Shown here: positions 9,689 to 19,899 of the stretch, in pieces
How the letters are laid out: each line of letters opens with the position of its first letter
Numbering within the stretch: the first letter of the stretch is position 1
Sequence record: LR756508.1
Direction: 5' to 3' (one strand)
DNA: 64,000 nt
Made by a program: the position numbers and the translations under genes
The notes under the pieces: model-generated
Database searches by the model: none
Told to the model about the DNA's origin: nothing
The model's input: only the letters and a program-made list of their open reading frames with translations

Positions 9689-11858
9689 ATTCATCAAAAC
9701 TAATTTACAGCCTGGTTCTCAAAAAAGAGATCTTCAAAAGTTTGATGTATTCATTAAAGATAATACCAGGACCTCTCCTAACTACTTTAATATTAGTCAA
9801 CTTTCTGATGAATTCTCTATAGGAAAAAATGCATTTTTAATTCGTGGCACAGATAAATTAAGGTCTGGCTCTAAAATACTGGTTGAAGTCTTGGATGTGA
9901 ACGGCGACGTAATTTTTTCTAGAACTCACGACTATCGAGAAAGTAAAGCGAGAGTCATTTCAGTTTTTGTTTTTGAAGACACTCCAACTGGACCTTGTAA
10001 TGTAACTATAATGGGGGAGGCGAGTGTGGATAAAAGTAATAATCCCGTTCCTTCAAAATGGGAAGGAAGATATAATATTAGGTGGAATCGAAAAATTAAT
10101 GTAAACCCAAACATTTATAATATTAATAGAGTTCGGTTTATTAGAGAGCCTAAAATCAGCGTAGACAAACTCACGTTGAGTGATTTAAATTTAAACTACC
10201 AAGGAAATGCTCCTACGAAAGAAACCACATATGACTCAACTTCAACAAATCCTCCCATTGGACTAAAAGGGAGAATAAACTTTAATGCTTCTGGCGCAAA
10301 AAACAGTATTCTTCGAGTAAATAAAAATTGTGGAAGTTTTGTTGAATTTATTAGAGGAATGGAAAATGGAGAGGTCACCTTCAAAGACATGTCAAACCTC
10401 GGTCTTACAGAATCATCATTAAGTGAAAACCGATTGCCCGAAGAGCTTAGTTTTGATGTAAGACGCATAAGAAACGAGAGTGCTTTAACTGTAAGTCCTA
10501 TAGGTGAAGCTAAAAATTTCTCTCAGACAACAGAACTTGAGTGTTATGATGACTTCGAAATTGAATTTGTCAGGGAAGATCCAACAAATATAAATGTCCT
10601 TCAAACCCGAACTTGTTTTATCCAGATTGAGCTGTCAGACATACGAACGTTTGCTGGTGCGGTGCTTCGAGCGGCAGTTTACGCCAGAGATTTTAGAACT
10701 GACGACTCATACACGTTTGTGGGTGATTTTGAACTTCCACCCGAAGAACTGATGAAAGATTTAAACAGCGTTAATACTCCGAAGAACAAGAGGACTGGAG
10801 TATTCTTGGACCAGTCAGACATATCAAAGTTTCTCACTCCTCTAAACAATTATTCATCACTAAGTCAAGATCAAGAGCAGTTATTAAATTCAGTAAATGT
10901 TGAGAGGATTAAAAATGCAAATACAATTGATAATATAAATTATTCCCCTTCATCTACTGATTATGGTGGCGCTGCAGTTGATGGAAATCCTAATGTTTTC
11001 GTAAAATCACATAAAACCGGCATTTCTGGATTCACAATTGATGATGATAGCGATCAAGTTGTTGGTTTTAAATTCCCGTTTTTAGAAAAAAATGGATCTG
11101 TTAAGTTAGAATCAAATACCAGATACACGCTTTCTTTTCGTTATCGGCTAGAAAATTTTGGAAAGAGAGTTAACGACGCAAAGTTCGGGGTGTTTTTGCG
11201 ATACAAAACTGAAGACGAAAATGGAATACTTGAAATTGAAGAACGACTAAAGACAGTGGAAGTTGAAAATGGAATTCATGAATTTGAAGGGATTGAAATA
11301 GACTTTGAGCCAAATCGAGAAAGTTTAACTGGAAACTCCGAAGACCTGCAGCTTGTTATTAAAATTTTAGATGGCAATTTTTACTTTAGCGATTTTAGTC
11401 TAATTCCACTACAAAGGCCGGGATTCTCTCCCGATTTTACTACTTTTTTCTTTCCACTAGAAAGATCAATTCTACAGGAGCTGGGAGATGAGGTTGAGTT
11501 TAAAGTTGACCTATTTGACTTGGACAGGAATAAAATACCTGTATCTCTTAATTCTAATGAAGGTGTAACCATATCTGATTGTGGTCGAAGAGATATAGGT
11601 GGCGGGGGTGACGTTATTTCTGGAACTGCTGCCTTTCAAGGTGATTATGAGACAAAAGAATTTGTGATAAATCATAATGTTGGAATAAATCCAGTTTCGT
11701 GGACCGTTACGCCTACCACCGATGACGCTTCCGCTATTTCTCACACGAAGGCCGATAGCTCAACGATAACTGTTATTTATGACGTGGCACCTCCCATGCC
11801 ATCTCAAGGCTCTCCCATAAACAACCTGCAGTTCAACTACACGCTTGTGGTAAACTGA
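9681..11858 (+). CDS. Virion structural protein (baseplate/tail-associated), beta-rich
   Basis: Long beta-rich ORF. Its C-terminal ~75 aa are homologous to the C-terminus of the fibre at 40547..42193. Confidence 0.5.
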   Translation: MPKFIKTNLQPGSQKRDLQKFDVFIKDNTRTSPNYFNISQLSDEFSIGKNAFLIRGTDKLRSGSKILVEVLDVNGDVIFSRTHDYRESKARVISVFVFEDTPTGPCNVTIMGEASVDKSNNPVPSKWEGRYNIRWNRKINVNPNIYNINRVRFIREPKISVDKLTLSDLNLNYQGNAPTKETTYDSTSTNPPIGLKGRINFNASGAKNSILRVNKNCGSFVEFIRGMENGEVTFKDMSNLGLTESSLSENRLPEELSFDVRRIRNESALTVSPIGEAKNFSQTTELECYDDFEIEFVREDPTNINVLQTRTCFIQIELSDIRTFAGAVLRAAVYARDFRTDDSYTFVGDFELPPEELMKDLNSVNTPKNKRTGVFLDQSDISKFLTPLNNYSSLSQDQEQLLNSVNVERIKNANTIDNINYSPSSTDYGGAAVDGNPNVFVKSHKTGISGFTIDDDSDQVVGFKFPFLEKNGSVKLESNTRYTLSFRYRLENFGKRVNDAKFGVFLRYKTEDENGILEIEERLKTVEVENGIHEFEGIEIDFEPNRESLTGNSEDLQLVIKILDGNFYFSDFSLIPLQRPGFSPDFTTFFFPLERSILQELGDEVEFKVDLFDLDRNKIPVSLNSNEGVTISDCGRRDIGGGGDVISGTAAFQGDYETKEFVINHNVGINPVSWTVTPTTDDASAISHTKADSSTITVIYDVAPPMPSQGSPINNLQFNYTLVVN

Positions 11859-11865
11859 AATTAGT

Positions 11866-14613
11866 ATGAAACTCGGAAGTTTTTCGAAGAAGTTGACAAT
11901 TAACCTTATTGAAGAGGGACTTAAAAGAAAAGACATGCCTCAATATGAGGGAAGCTACGACGACTTAAAATCTTTTCTTGATGAAAGAGGAGTGCTTTAC
12001 ACAAAAGAAAAAGTATCATGTAGAGAGCTTTCTCCTGTTCAAAATGAATATTCTCAAAACAAAATTGAGAGCTTGAAATCTAAGATTTCGGGAGGGAACA
12101 TTTCACCTCTTATAGTGTCTAAATCTTATGACATTCTTGATGGACATCACAGGTGGAAGGCGGGTGAGAATCTTAATAACACCCCAAAGTTGCCTGTTTT
12201 TAGAATTCATATGCCTACCCATAAGGCATTTGTTCTTTTGGATGAATCTATTAAATATATGGAAAATAATCAAACTGAAGAGAAAGTTGTAGCAGTTTAT
12301 CCAGGTAGGTTTCAACCTTTTCACAGAGGACACGAAAACACATTCAACCTGTTACAAGAACGGTTTGGAAGAAACCATACTTATTTAGCTACCTCTGACA
12401 AAACTGAGCCTGAAAAAAGTCCGTTTGACTTTAGTGAAAAAAAGAGAGTTATAACGTCACTGTATGAGATCCCTAACAGGTTTGTTGTTAAAGTTGAAAG
12501 TCCTTATAATCCAAAAGAGATAACAAAAAAATACGACCCTGATAAAGATAAGCTGGTCGTAGCGGTTGGAGCAAAAGACGGTGAAAAAATCAAAAGGCTT
12601 ACTGGAAGCTATTACGAAATTTACGATTCAGAAAAAAACTTGGAGTCTTTTAAAGATGCCGGGTACATTTTTCCAATAAAAAAAGAAGAAGAGATCCAAC
12701 TTTCTGGCAGTCCAATTTCAGGAACTCAGGTAAGAGCCCTTTTTCGGTCTCCGATGCCTGAGGAAAAGAGAAAAAAACTTTTCGAGTATGTCTTTGGAAA
12801 GTTTGACGAAGAGATTTATGAGCTTATAAATAAAAAACTTTCAAACCCTTCCGTATCTGAAAATAATATTTTTAGTCAAGAAGAGTTAGAGCTCCTTTCT
12901 GAAAATATAAATGTAAATGGACTTCTTCAAGAAGCAGCGAGAACTAAAGCGGCTATACCTGCAGATGATGGACCTGCATCTTGGTATGCAGATCCTGAAG
13001 ATTATGATAGAACTGAGCAGAACCTCGCTAGAAAGATGGGGTTTGAAGTAATGGACTATACGTTCGGTCCCGAGCACTTCGAGGGAGATCCTGATGACTT
13101 CAAACAGGACGCATTAAAGTTTGTATCTTTTTTTCCTAGCGGAGTTTTCGATGAGCACGTAGACGACCCCCTACGCACTTACCGAAACTTCTCGGAAGCT
13201 GTCGCAGAAACTGCTGGTTACGAAATAATGAAACATATTGGGATTGACGAACCCGAAGGAAAAGAATCCGTAACCGATGAGGGTGGATCTGATGAAGAAA
13301 CACAGAAGACAAAAGATACGGGTGGTATAAGTTCTCTTGATGAATCTGTTGATAGAAAAATTGAACAGATTCAATCTAATATTTCAACTTCACACCTTCG
13401 GCATCCTTTTGAAGACTTTTCTCTTACTTTTAGAGATTTGAAAGATCTGCTTGATAAAATTCTCAGAGGCAAGCTTGAAAATGTCCGAGAAAAAACTGAT
13501 GGCCAGAATCTGAAAGTTACGTGGAAAGATGAGAAACTGCGAGCCGCAAGAAACAAAGGACACTTGAAAAACAATGGCAGGCATTCACTTACTAAAGAAG
13601 AGCTTGCCGAAAAATTTGACGGGAGAGGTGATATTAAAGATGCCTTTGTTTCTGCATTTGAAGACTTGAGGCAGTGTTTTGAAGTTCTTCCTGATGAAGT
13701 ATTAACAAAAGTTTTTCAAGGTGGCGGAAGATTCTTAAGTTTAGAGGTCATTTACGAACCCACTCAGAACGTAATTCCTTACGGAAAAAATCTTCTCGTG
13801 CTTCAAGAGGTAAACACATATAGTTCTGACGGCGATCTAATTAATCGAAGTAGCGAGTTTTCGGAGCTTATTATTGAAACCATAAATGAACTGGCGACAA
13901 ATGATTTTGACACGTTTACGATAAAAAAACAACCGAGCGTGTCAATGAATGATCTACAAGATAAGAAAAAAGACCTTCATAGAAAACTGCTTGAAGTCAT
14001 CTCCGATCAGAAAGAAAAGTATGGTTTAAGCGAATCTGATACAATTCTGGAAAACCAGATGGAAAAATGGAAAAGATTTATTGATGTTAAAGCGAGGCAG
14101 TTCCACTATACCATCCCCAACAAGGTAAAAGAGGGACTCATATATCGTTGGTGCTTGGGTGAAAAATCTGGTGAAACTGGCTATTCGCTTAGAGATGTAA
14201 AAAGTGATATAAAGAATAATAACTTTCTTTCTTTTGTCGTAGATTTTGATAAAAATAAAGTAAGAGACAAGAGAAAGGAGATGAGAAAACCCTTCGAATT
14301 TATTTTTCTTCGTCTGGGAAGCGAAGTTCTTGCTAACCTGAATTTTCCTCTCATTAAAGATCATGACAAGGCCGTAACAACCATTCAAAAGAGTATTATT
14401 AACGTTATCGAAGAGGTAAAATCTATTAATAACGTTGAAGCCGAAAAGAAGATGAAAGATGAATTGCAAAGAATAAAAAGACATGGTGGAGTTGATAAAA
14501 TCGCTCCTGGTGAAGGAGTAGTTTTTAATTATAACGGAGAACTCTATAAACTTACTGGCCTTTTCGCCCCCATTAATCAACTCTTAGGTATTATCAAGTA
14601 TAATCGGTACTAA
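11866..14613 (+). CDS. Multidomain protein: ParB/Srx-like + HxGH nucleotidyltransferase + ATP-dependent ligase-like (KxDG) domain
   Basis: ILDGHHRW (ParB-like); YPGRFQPFHRGH...ISGTQVR (cytidylyltransferase-like); EKTDGQN...EGVVF...YKLTG (ligase motifs I, IV, V). Confidence 0.75.
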   Translation: MKLGSFSKKLTINLIEEGLKRKDMPQYEGSYDDLKSFLDERGVLYTKEKVSCRELSPVQNEYSQNKIESLKSKISGGNISPLIVSKSYDILDGHHRWKAGENLNNTPKLPVFRIHMPTHKAFVLLDESIKYMENNQTEEKVVAVYPGRFQPFHRGHENTFNLLQERFGRNHTYLATSDKTEPEKSPFDFSEKKRVITSLYEIPNRFVVKVESPYNPKEITKKYDPDKDKLVVAVGAKDGEKIKRLTGSYYEIYDSEKNLESFKDAGYIFPIKKEEEIQLSGSPISGTQVRALFRSPMPEEKRKKLFEYVFGKFDEEIYELINKKLSNPSVSENNIFSQEELELLSENINVNGLLQEAARTKAAIPADDGPASWYADPEDYDRTEQNLARKMGFEVMDYTFGPEHFEGDPDDFKQDALKFVSFFPSGVFDEHVDDPLRTYRNFSEAVAETAGYEIMKHIGIDEPEGKESVTDEGGSDEETQKTKDTGGISSLDESVDRKIEQIQSNISTSHLRHPFEDFSLTFRDLKDLLDKILRGKLENVREKTDGQNLKVTWKDEKLRAARNKGHLKNNGRHSLTKEELAEKFDGRGDIKDAFVSAFEDLRQCFEVLPDEVLTKVFQGGGRFLSLEVIYEPTQNVIPYGKNLLVLQEVNTYSSDGDLINRSSEFSELIIETINELATNDFDTFTIKKQPSVSMNDLQDKKKDLHRKLLEVISDQKEKYGLSESDTILENQMEKWKRFIDVKARQFHYTIPNKVKEGLIYRWCLGEKSGETGYSLRDVKSDIKNNNFLSFVVDFDKNKVRDKRKEMRKPFEFIFLRLGSEVLANLNFPLIKDHDKAVTTIQKSIINVIEEVKSINNVEAEKKMKDELQRIKRHGGVDKIAPGEGVVFNYNGELYKLTGLFAPINQLLGIIKYNRY

Positions 14614-14787
14614 TCTAACTTAGCATGAAGGTCTCAGCTCTCTCCTTTTTTGACTAAATTTGCGTTTTAAAATTTTGTGAAGCAAACCTCTTTAGAACTC
14701 AAACCAGCGCTCTTCTTTTGATACCAATTTTCTATTTAAATGGTGAGCATTCACTGTTTTTTAACAAAATAATTTTGTTATTTTTTT

Positions 14788-15432
14788 ATGCGCAGCGAAA
14801 GTGAAGTAAAAAAGAACGAAGCTCTCAAAACTATTCTGAAGGGCGGAACTCCCGAAAAAGACCCGAAGGTTTTTCTAAATTATAACAAGGAAAGAGAAAC
14901 TCCTGACAGAGAGGTAGGGGAAACTTGGACTGATGACAAAGGAAACAAATGGGAACAAAAAGATGGTTATAAAATTAATCACGGTAAAAGCGACAGGCCA
15001 CTTTCAGGAAAGCCGTTATTTTGTCCAGAATGTGGTGGAGTAATGAACAAACAGATCGACCAGAAAATGTGGTATCGCACAAATATGTGCTCAGACTGCG
15101 TTATTGAGAGAGAGACTAAAATGAGGGCAATGGGCATTTACGACTTGTATGAAAAACAAAAAATTCTTAATAACATGAGGTCCTGGTATCGAGATATTCG
15201 AGAAGGAGCAGAAGATTTCTTTGATAGTATAAATAACCAAGAGTTTGTAAACAGCTTTGGAATTGAGGATTGGAGCGAACTCGATGATGAAAAGGTTGAA
15301 GAAATGAAAACTAATGCAGAAGACGAATTTGAAAGGATAGAAGATAAAATAGAAGAAATTGAGAATGAAGTAAAAGAATTGAAAAAAGATTCTGAAGTAG
15401 AAGAAGTTACCCTTCAAGATATTGAGGTTTAA
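14788..15432 (+). CDS. Zinc-finger protein
   Basis: CPECGG...CSDC motif and acidic coiled-coil tail. Confidence 0.55.
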   Translation: MRSESEVKKNEALKTILKGGTPEKDPKVFLNYNKERETPDREVGETWTDDKGNKWEQKDGYKINHGKSDRPLSGKPLFCPECGGVMNKQIDQKMWYRTNMCSDCVIERETKMRAMGIYDLYEKQKILNNMRSWYRDIREGAEDFFDSINNQEFVNSFGIEDWSELDDEKVEEMKTNAEDEFERIEDKIEEIENEVKELKKDSEVEEVTLQDIEV

Positions 15433-15472
15433 AAGGATCGTATTATGTTTAACCACAATCCGAGAATTTTAA

Positions 15473-16135
15473 ATGAAAGGTCTTCTGGAGATAATAGTTC
15501 CAATAGTGACCGCTATTATTACGGGAATTTTAGGCCCAATTATCGCATATTATTTTCGCAAGAAAAACCGTGTCGAAAATGAAGAAAGTGAAGGAGATAA
15601 CCAAAATACCTCAGAATACTCAAAATCCAAATACCTGATTGAGAAAAGAAGAGAAGAGATTGATGAAAATATTAAAAACAAACTTGAGAATATAAGAGAG
15701 CGAATAGGTGCCGATAGGTCTTGGATAATTCAGTTTCAAGACGGAAAAGAGGAAGATGAATCAATCCATAATCTCAAAAAATTCTCAATGGTTTATGAGG
15801 ACGCTGCTCAAGGCGTTTCAAAAGAAAAGAAAAACTTCGAGGATCTTTTAGTTTCATTTTTTATCGATACTGTGGATAGGATCGTTCAAGAAAAAGAGTT
15901 GATTTACGATACAGTAAAAGATGCTAAGAATTCAGAGATTGTTAGGATTTTTGACCAGAAAGGAAACTCTTCTATGTATTTGTTTGCTATGGAAACGATA
16001 GATGACATTCTTATTGGTATTCTTGGCGTCGATTTTGTAAGACAGGAGCATAAAATAACAGAAAAAGAAAAGCTGTTTCTAAGAAAACAAGCTTATTCAC
16101 TAGCTGGCTACTTATATAACAGGGAGGTCGAGTAA
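15473..16135 (+). CDS. Putative holin (N-terminal TM + GAF-like domain, T4 gpT-like architecture)
   Basis: Hydrophobic IIVPIVTAIITGILGPIIAYYF followed by GAF-like ADRSWIIQF...GILGVDFV. Confidence 0.55.
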   Translation: MKGLLEIIVPIVTAIITGILGPIIAYYFRKKNRVENEESEGDNQNTSEYSKSKYLIEKRREEIDENIKNKLENIRERIGADRSWIIQFQDGKEEDESIHNLKKFSMVYEDAAQGVSKEKKNFEDLLVSFFIDTVDRIVQEKELIYDTVKDAKNSEIVRIFDQKGNSSMYLFAMETIDDILIGILGVDFVRQEHKITEKEKLFLRKQAYSLAGYLYNREVE

Positions 16136-16211
16136 AAAGTATTAGAACGTGCGTTTCTTTATTTAAAATTTTGTTTTTAAAAATTTTTAAGCTAAAAAGA
16201 GATAAGCAGAA

Positions 16212-16532
16212 ATGAAAATTAAAGAGTCCGAAATTAAAGAGTTAATTCGCAGTACAATTCAAGAAGAAGTTCAAGATCTAAAAGAAGCCGAAAAGTATCG
16301 AGATTTTTTTATGAACTCTCTGAGAAAAGCTGGTGATATTCTTGATAAAGAAGTGAGTTCTCCGCGCGACCTGACTGATGAAGAAAGAAAGGTCTTCTTC
16401 AGTTTTATTGATACGAAGTGGGATGGAGAAAATGGCGATGTTGAAGACATTGACCTTGATCTTGAAAATATGCTCGGTGAAGCGAAAATTAGAGAGCGAG
16501 TGAGAAAAGAAATAAAGTCTTTTGTTAGCTAA
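16212..16532 (+). CDS. Small leader-motif head/core-associated protein
   Basis: Starts MKIKESEIKELIRSTIQEE. A similar helix sits at the C-terminus. Confidence 0.6.
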   Translation: MKIKESEIKELIRSTIQEEVQDLKEAEKYRDFFMNSLRKAGDILDKEVSSPRDLTDEERKVFFSFIDTKWDGENGDVEDIDLDLENMLGEAKIRERVRKEIKSFVS

Positions 16533-16549
16533 CCAACCACTGAACCGAT

Positions 16550-16861
16550 ATGTGGAGTCGTATAAAAAACTTGTTTTCTTCCATAACAACTATAAAAAAA
16601 GCATTAAGTCATATATGGAATGGCATCGCGATGCTTAGAGACTGGTGGAAAAAAAGTGAGATAGAAGAGGAAGAACAAAAAACAAAAAAAGAAAAGAAGG
16701 CTGAAGACAAAAAACAAAAAGAGATTGAGAAGGACCTCGAAAAAAGTAAAAAAAGATTAGAAGACTTAAAAGAAAGGAAAGGTGACGGGTTAACTAAAGA
16801 AGAACAGATGGAAAAAGAGGAGTTAAAAGATTATTTTGATAACCTAACTGGACACAGATAA
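16550..16861 (+). CDS. Amphipathic-anchor coiled-coil protein (possible spanin component)
   Basis: N-terminal amphipathic segment and charged coil. Stop overlaps the next start; lies near the holin-like gene. Confidence 0.3.
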   Translation: MWSRIKNLFSSITTIKKALSHIWNGIAMLRDWWKKSEIEEEEQKTKKEKKAEDKKQKEIEKDLEKSKKRLEDLKERKGDGLTKEEQMEKEELKDYFDNLTGHR

Positions 16862-17265
16862 TGTTCAAAAAACAAGTATTTTTCATACTTTTTGTTTTGC
16901 TTTTTTTACCGGCGAGCACTTTAGCTCAAACCGACACATTTGAAAATACTGCTCCAAGTGATACAATTTGTTTTAAGGTAGAACAGGCGAACTTAATAAA
17001 ACAGAAAGTTGAAAAGCTCCAGTATAGAGATTCGTTAAACACAGAAATAATAAATGAGCTAGAGTTTCAAGTAAAAAGACTTGAAGATAAAGCTCGGTCA
17101 CTTGAAAAAGAGGTAACACTTACCGAAAAGCAGCTTGAGCTTTACAAGAAACGGATAAAGCACACTGAAAACGAACACGGAAAACGAAATATGGAGGCTA
17201 AATTGTGGTTTTATACTGCTGGCGGCGTGGCCGGTGGTGTTCTTATGTCATTACTATTTTTCTAA
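16861..17265 (+). CDS. Signal-peptide protein with C-terminal TM (possible spanin component)
   Basis: MFKKQVFFILFVLLFLPASTLA signal, coiled coil, C-terminal LWFYTAGGVAGGVLMSLLFF. Confidence 0.35.
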   Translation: MFKKQVFFILFVLLFLPASTLAQTDTFENTAPSDTICFKVEQANLIKQKVEKLQYRDSLNTEIINELEFQVKRLEDKARSLEKEVTLTEKQLELYKKRIKHTENEHGKRNMEAKLWFYTAGGVAGGVLMSLLFF

Positions 17266-17297
17266 CGTTAGAATCCAAATGAATCGTGAGAGTTCTC

Positions 17298-17891
17298 ATG
17301 GAAAAACAAGAACGAAAACTTAGAGAGTTTATCCGAAGGAAAGTCCATAACCTTCTTAACGAAAGTTCTGGCACAGATGGAGGTTCTTCGGAAAAAGCAA
17401 TTCGAAAAGAGGTAAGAAGTGTCATTCATGAGCTTCTGGCTGAGTCTAATGGAAATCAGAAGACTTTGAATGAAGGAGTAATGGGTATGGCCGATATGCC
17501 TGCCGTTAATCCTGCAAACTCTTTTTCAAAACAAGGGAAGGAAAACTTTTCTTATGATCCAAATGCCGTAAGTCAGATGGCAAAGCGAGATCGCCAGTCT
17601 GCAGGTGCCTCTACGCAGTCTAATACGCTTCGAAGTGACAGCGACTTGAAGCAGGATCAAGATTACCAGACTGGTCCAAACAAAACTGGATACGATTCTT
17701 CTCAGGGGGAGAGCGAAAAAGTGATTTTTGAAAATCAAGAGTCAGGTGATAGGGCTTCCCTTTGGATCGAAGGCAACCAGTTGGTCTGCGAATACGAGTC
17801 GAAAAGTAAAGGAAGCCAAAAGACCAAACTTAGCGAAGAAAGGACCCGAGAGATCCTTGAAAAGATCCTCAACGACAACTTCCAAATGTAG
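17298..17891 (+). CDS. Leader-motif hypothetical protein
   Basis: MEKQERKLREFIRRKVHNLLNE, with the helix repeated as EKAIRKEVRSVIHELLAE. ATG at 17298 preferred over GTG at 17286. Confidence 0.6.
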   Translation: MEKQERKLREFIRRKVHNLLNESSGTDGGSSEKAIRKEVRSVIHELLAESNGNQKTLNEGVMGMADMPAVNPANSFSKQGKENFSYDPNAVSQMAKRDRQSAGASTQSNTLRSDSDLKQDQDYQTGPNKTGYDSSQGESEKVIFENQESGDRASLWIEGNQLVCEYESKSKGSQKTKLSEERTREILEKILNDNFQM

Positions 17892-17949
17892 GTCTATTTT
17901 AAATGGTTATACAAATCTCTTTTTTTCTTCCTTTTAGAAGAGAAAAGTA

Positions 17950-19572
17950 TTGCCTGCTGATCAGCAACTTAAAGATCAGATCGTAGAGGAGTATATCAAA
18001 TGCGCAGATAATCCTGAGTATTTTCTTCGGAACTATGTCTACATCCAACATCAGGAGCTTGGGCGCATTCTGTTTGATCTTTATGGCTTTCAGGAAAGGT
18101 CCTTAGAAGAAATTCGAAAGCATAGGTATAACATTATCCTGAAAGCACGTCAGATGGGGATTTCAACTCTTGTTGCAGGCTATTCTCTGTGGATGGCTCT
18201 TTTCAATAATGAAACCAAGATATTAGTGGTTTCAATGAAAAGAGATGTAGCTAAAAACCTCGTTCAAAAAGCGAAGTTTGCTCACGATAATCTTCCCGTT
18301 TGGATGCGGGAAGAGAAGGTTGAGGACAATAAAACATCTATAGGTCTATCAAACGGTAGTAAAATATTTGCCGAGTCTACTTCAGGTGATGCTGGAAGGT
18401 CTGAGTCCTTGTCCATGCTTATTATTGATGAGGCAGCGTTCATTGATGACGTAGAAGAGCTTTGGTCTGCCGCAAAACCTACTCTTGACGTTGGAAATGG
18501 TCGAGCGATTGTGCTTTCAACCCCCAAAAATGTGGGGAGTTGGTTCCACAAGCAGTGGAGCCAGGCAATTTCGGGATCAAAAAAACTGAGTGGCAAGGAT
18601 GATGTATGGGAAGGATCTGGAACTAATAATTTTCATCCAATTAAACTGCACTGGTCTCTTCACCCAAATCGAGATACTGAGTGGAGGCAAGAGCAAGACA
18701 CCACCCTTGGACCAGATAAGGCAGCCCGAGAATGCGATTGTAATTTCTCAAGTTCCGGTGATAATGTAGTTGATATTGGAGTCCTTGAATGGTATGAAGA
18801 GAATACTGTTGAAGAGCCGAAAGAGAAGAGGTTAGTAAGAGGCTCTGATGACCTGTGGGTATGGGAGGAACCAGAGCCGTCTGAAAATTACGTGCTTTCC
18901 GCCGATGTGGCAAGAGGCGACGGAGATGATTTTTCTACCTTCCATGTGTTTTCAGTTGAAGACTTAGATCAGAAAATGGAGTATCAAGGAAAAATTACTC
19001 CAGAGACTTTCGCAAATCAGATTTATACGCAAGCATCTTATTATAATGATGCTTTAGTTGTAGTAGAGAGGAATAGTTTTGGGCGGTCTGTTCTTCAAGA
19101 GCTAATAGATAGGGGGTATAGAAATATACTCTATACGTCCAACGACCTTTCACTTGTTGACATAAGAAAAACAAGAGACATTAACGAGGGAAGGAAGACA
19201 AAGCCCGGACTCGATACGAACAGAAAAACGAGGCCACTTATAATATCTCGCATGAAAGAGTTCATGCGAAATAAGCACTGTAATATTAGAAGTTCAAGAC
19301 TTATTGAAGAATTTCGGACATTTGTTTGGAAGGGTGACAAGCCTCAGCACATGCCAGGGTATAACGATGATCTTGTTATGGCTGCAGCATTTGGAATATG
19401 GGTAAGAGACAGTGCTTTAAAGTATCAAGACCAGCTTAATGACGTTACGAAAAAGACTCTGGAGCGATTTTCTACTGGAAAGGGCCTGTATACTTCCAAA
19501 GGAAAAACCGAGGACCCTTACACGGTGAGCCAGGATGGGAAAAAGCACGACATTCGGTGGCTTTTTGAGTAA
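17950..19572 (+). CDS. gp17: Terminase large subunit
   Basis: ILKARQMGIST (Walker A region), IIDEAAFI (Walker B), ADVARGDGDDFS and DDLVMA (RNase H-like nuclease). TTG start. Confidence 0.95.
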   Translation: MPADQQLKDQIVEEYIKCADNPEYFLRNYVYIQHQELGRILFDLYGFQERSLEEIRKHRYNIILKARQMGISTLVAGYSLWMALFNNETKILVVSMKRDVAKNLVQKAKFAHDNLPVWMREEKVEDNKTSIGLSNGSKIFAESTSGDAGRSESLSMLIIDEAAFIDDVEELWSAAKPTLDVGNGRAIVLSTPKNVGSWFHKQWSQAISGSKKLSGKDDVWEGSGTNNFHPIKLHWSLHPNRDTEWRQEQDTTLGPDKAARECDCNFSSSGDNVVDIGVLEWYEENTVEEPKEKRLVRGSDDLWVWEEPEPSENYVLSADVARGDGDDFSTFHVFSVEDLDQKMEYQGKITPETFANQIYTQASYYNDALVVVERNSFGRSVLQELIDRGYRNILYTSNDLSLVDIRKTRDINEGRKTKPGLDTNRKTRPLIISRMKEFMRNKHCNIRSSRLIEEFRTFVWKGDKPQHMPGYNDDLVMAAAFGIWVRDSALKYQDQLNDVTKKTLERFSTGKGLYTSKGKTEDPYTVSQDGKKHDIRWLFE

Positions 19573-19587
19573 GACTGAAATTGTATC

Positions 19588-19890
19588 ATGAAGTTGACTG
19601 AAAGGCGGCTTAAGAGAATTATACTTGATGAATTTTCTGCTCTTTCCGAAGACGAGAAGTGGGCAAAAAACATCGATGTGGACCGAGGAGAAATGCATAA
19701 AACATTAGATGTACCTGAAGACAAAAAGGTAAGCACCTATTATACTTCAGGCGAGCAGTTGGCTCGTGATCTCATAGATGCTAAAGGTAGAGAATAGGCT
19801 TCAGGAATGATTAACTTTGCTGCCAACTTTAATGGCGAAGATAATATTTTTGATAGGGTACAAAGAGCATTAAGCAGAATTGATAAATAA
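19588..19890 (+). pseudogene. Leader-motif small protein interrupted by one in-frame TAG (19795..19797)
   Basis: The frame continues GRE*ASGMINFAANFNGEDNIFDRVQRALSRIDK* and ends 9 nt before the next ATG. Confidence 0.55.
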
Positions 19891-19899
19891 AGTTAAATT

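Noticed and set aside
15873-15886. TGGATAGGAT match to the predicted guide of mini-element B inside the holin-like gene
   Set aside because: Only 10 contiguous nt (12/14), which is plausible by chance in 64 kb, and no matching TAM-like sequence lies upstream.
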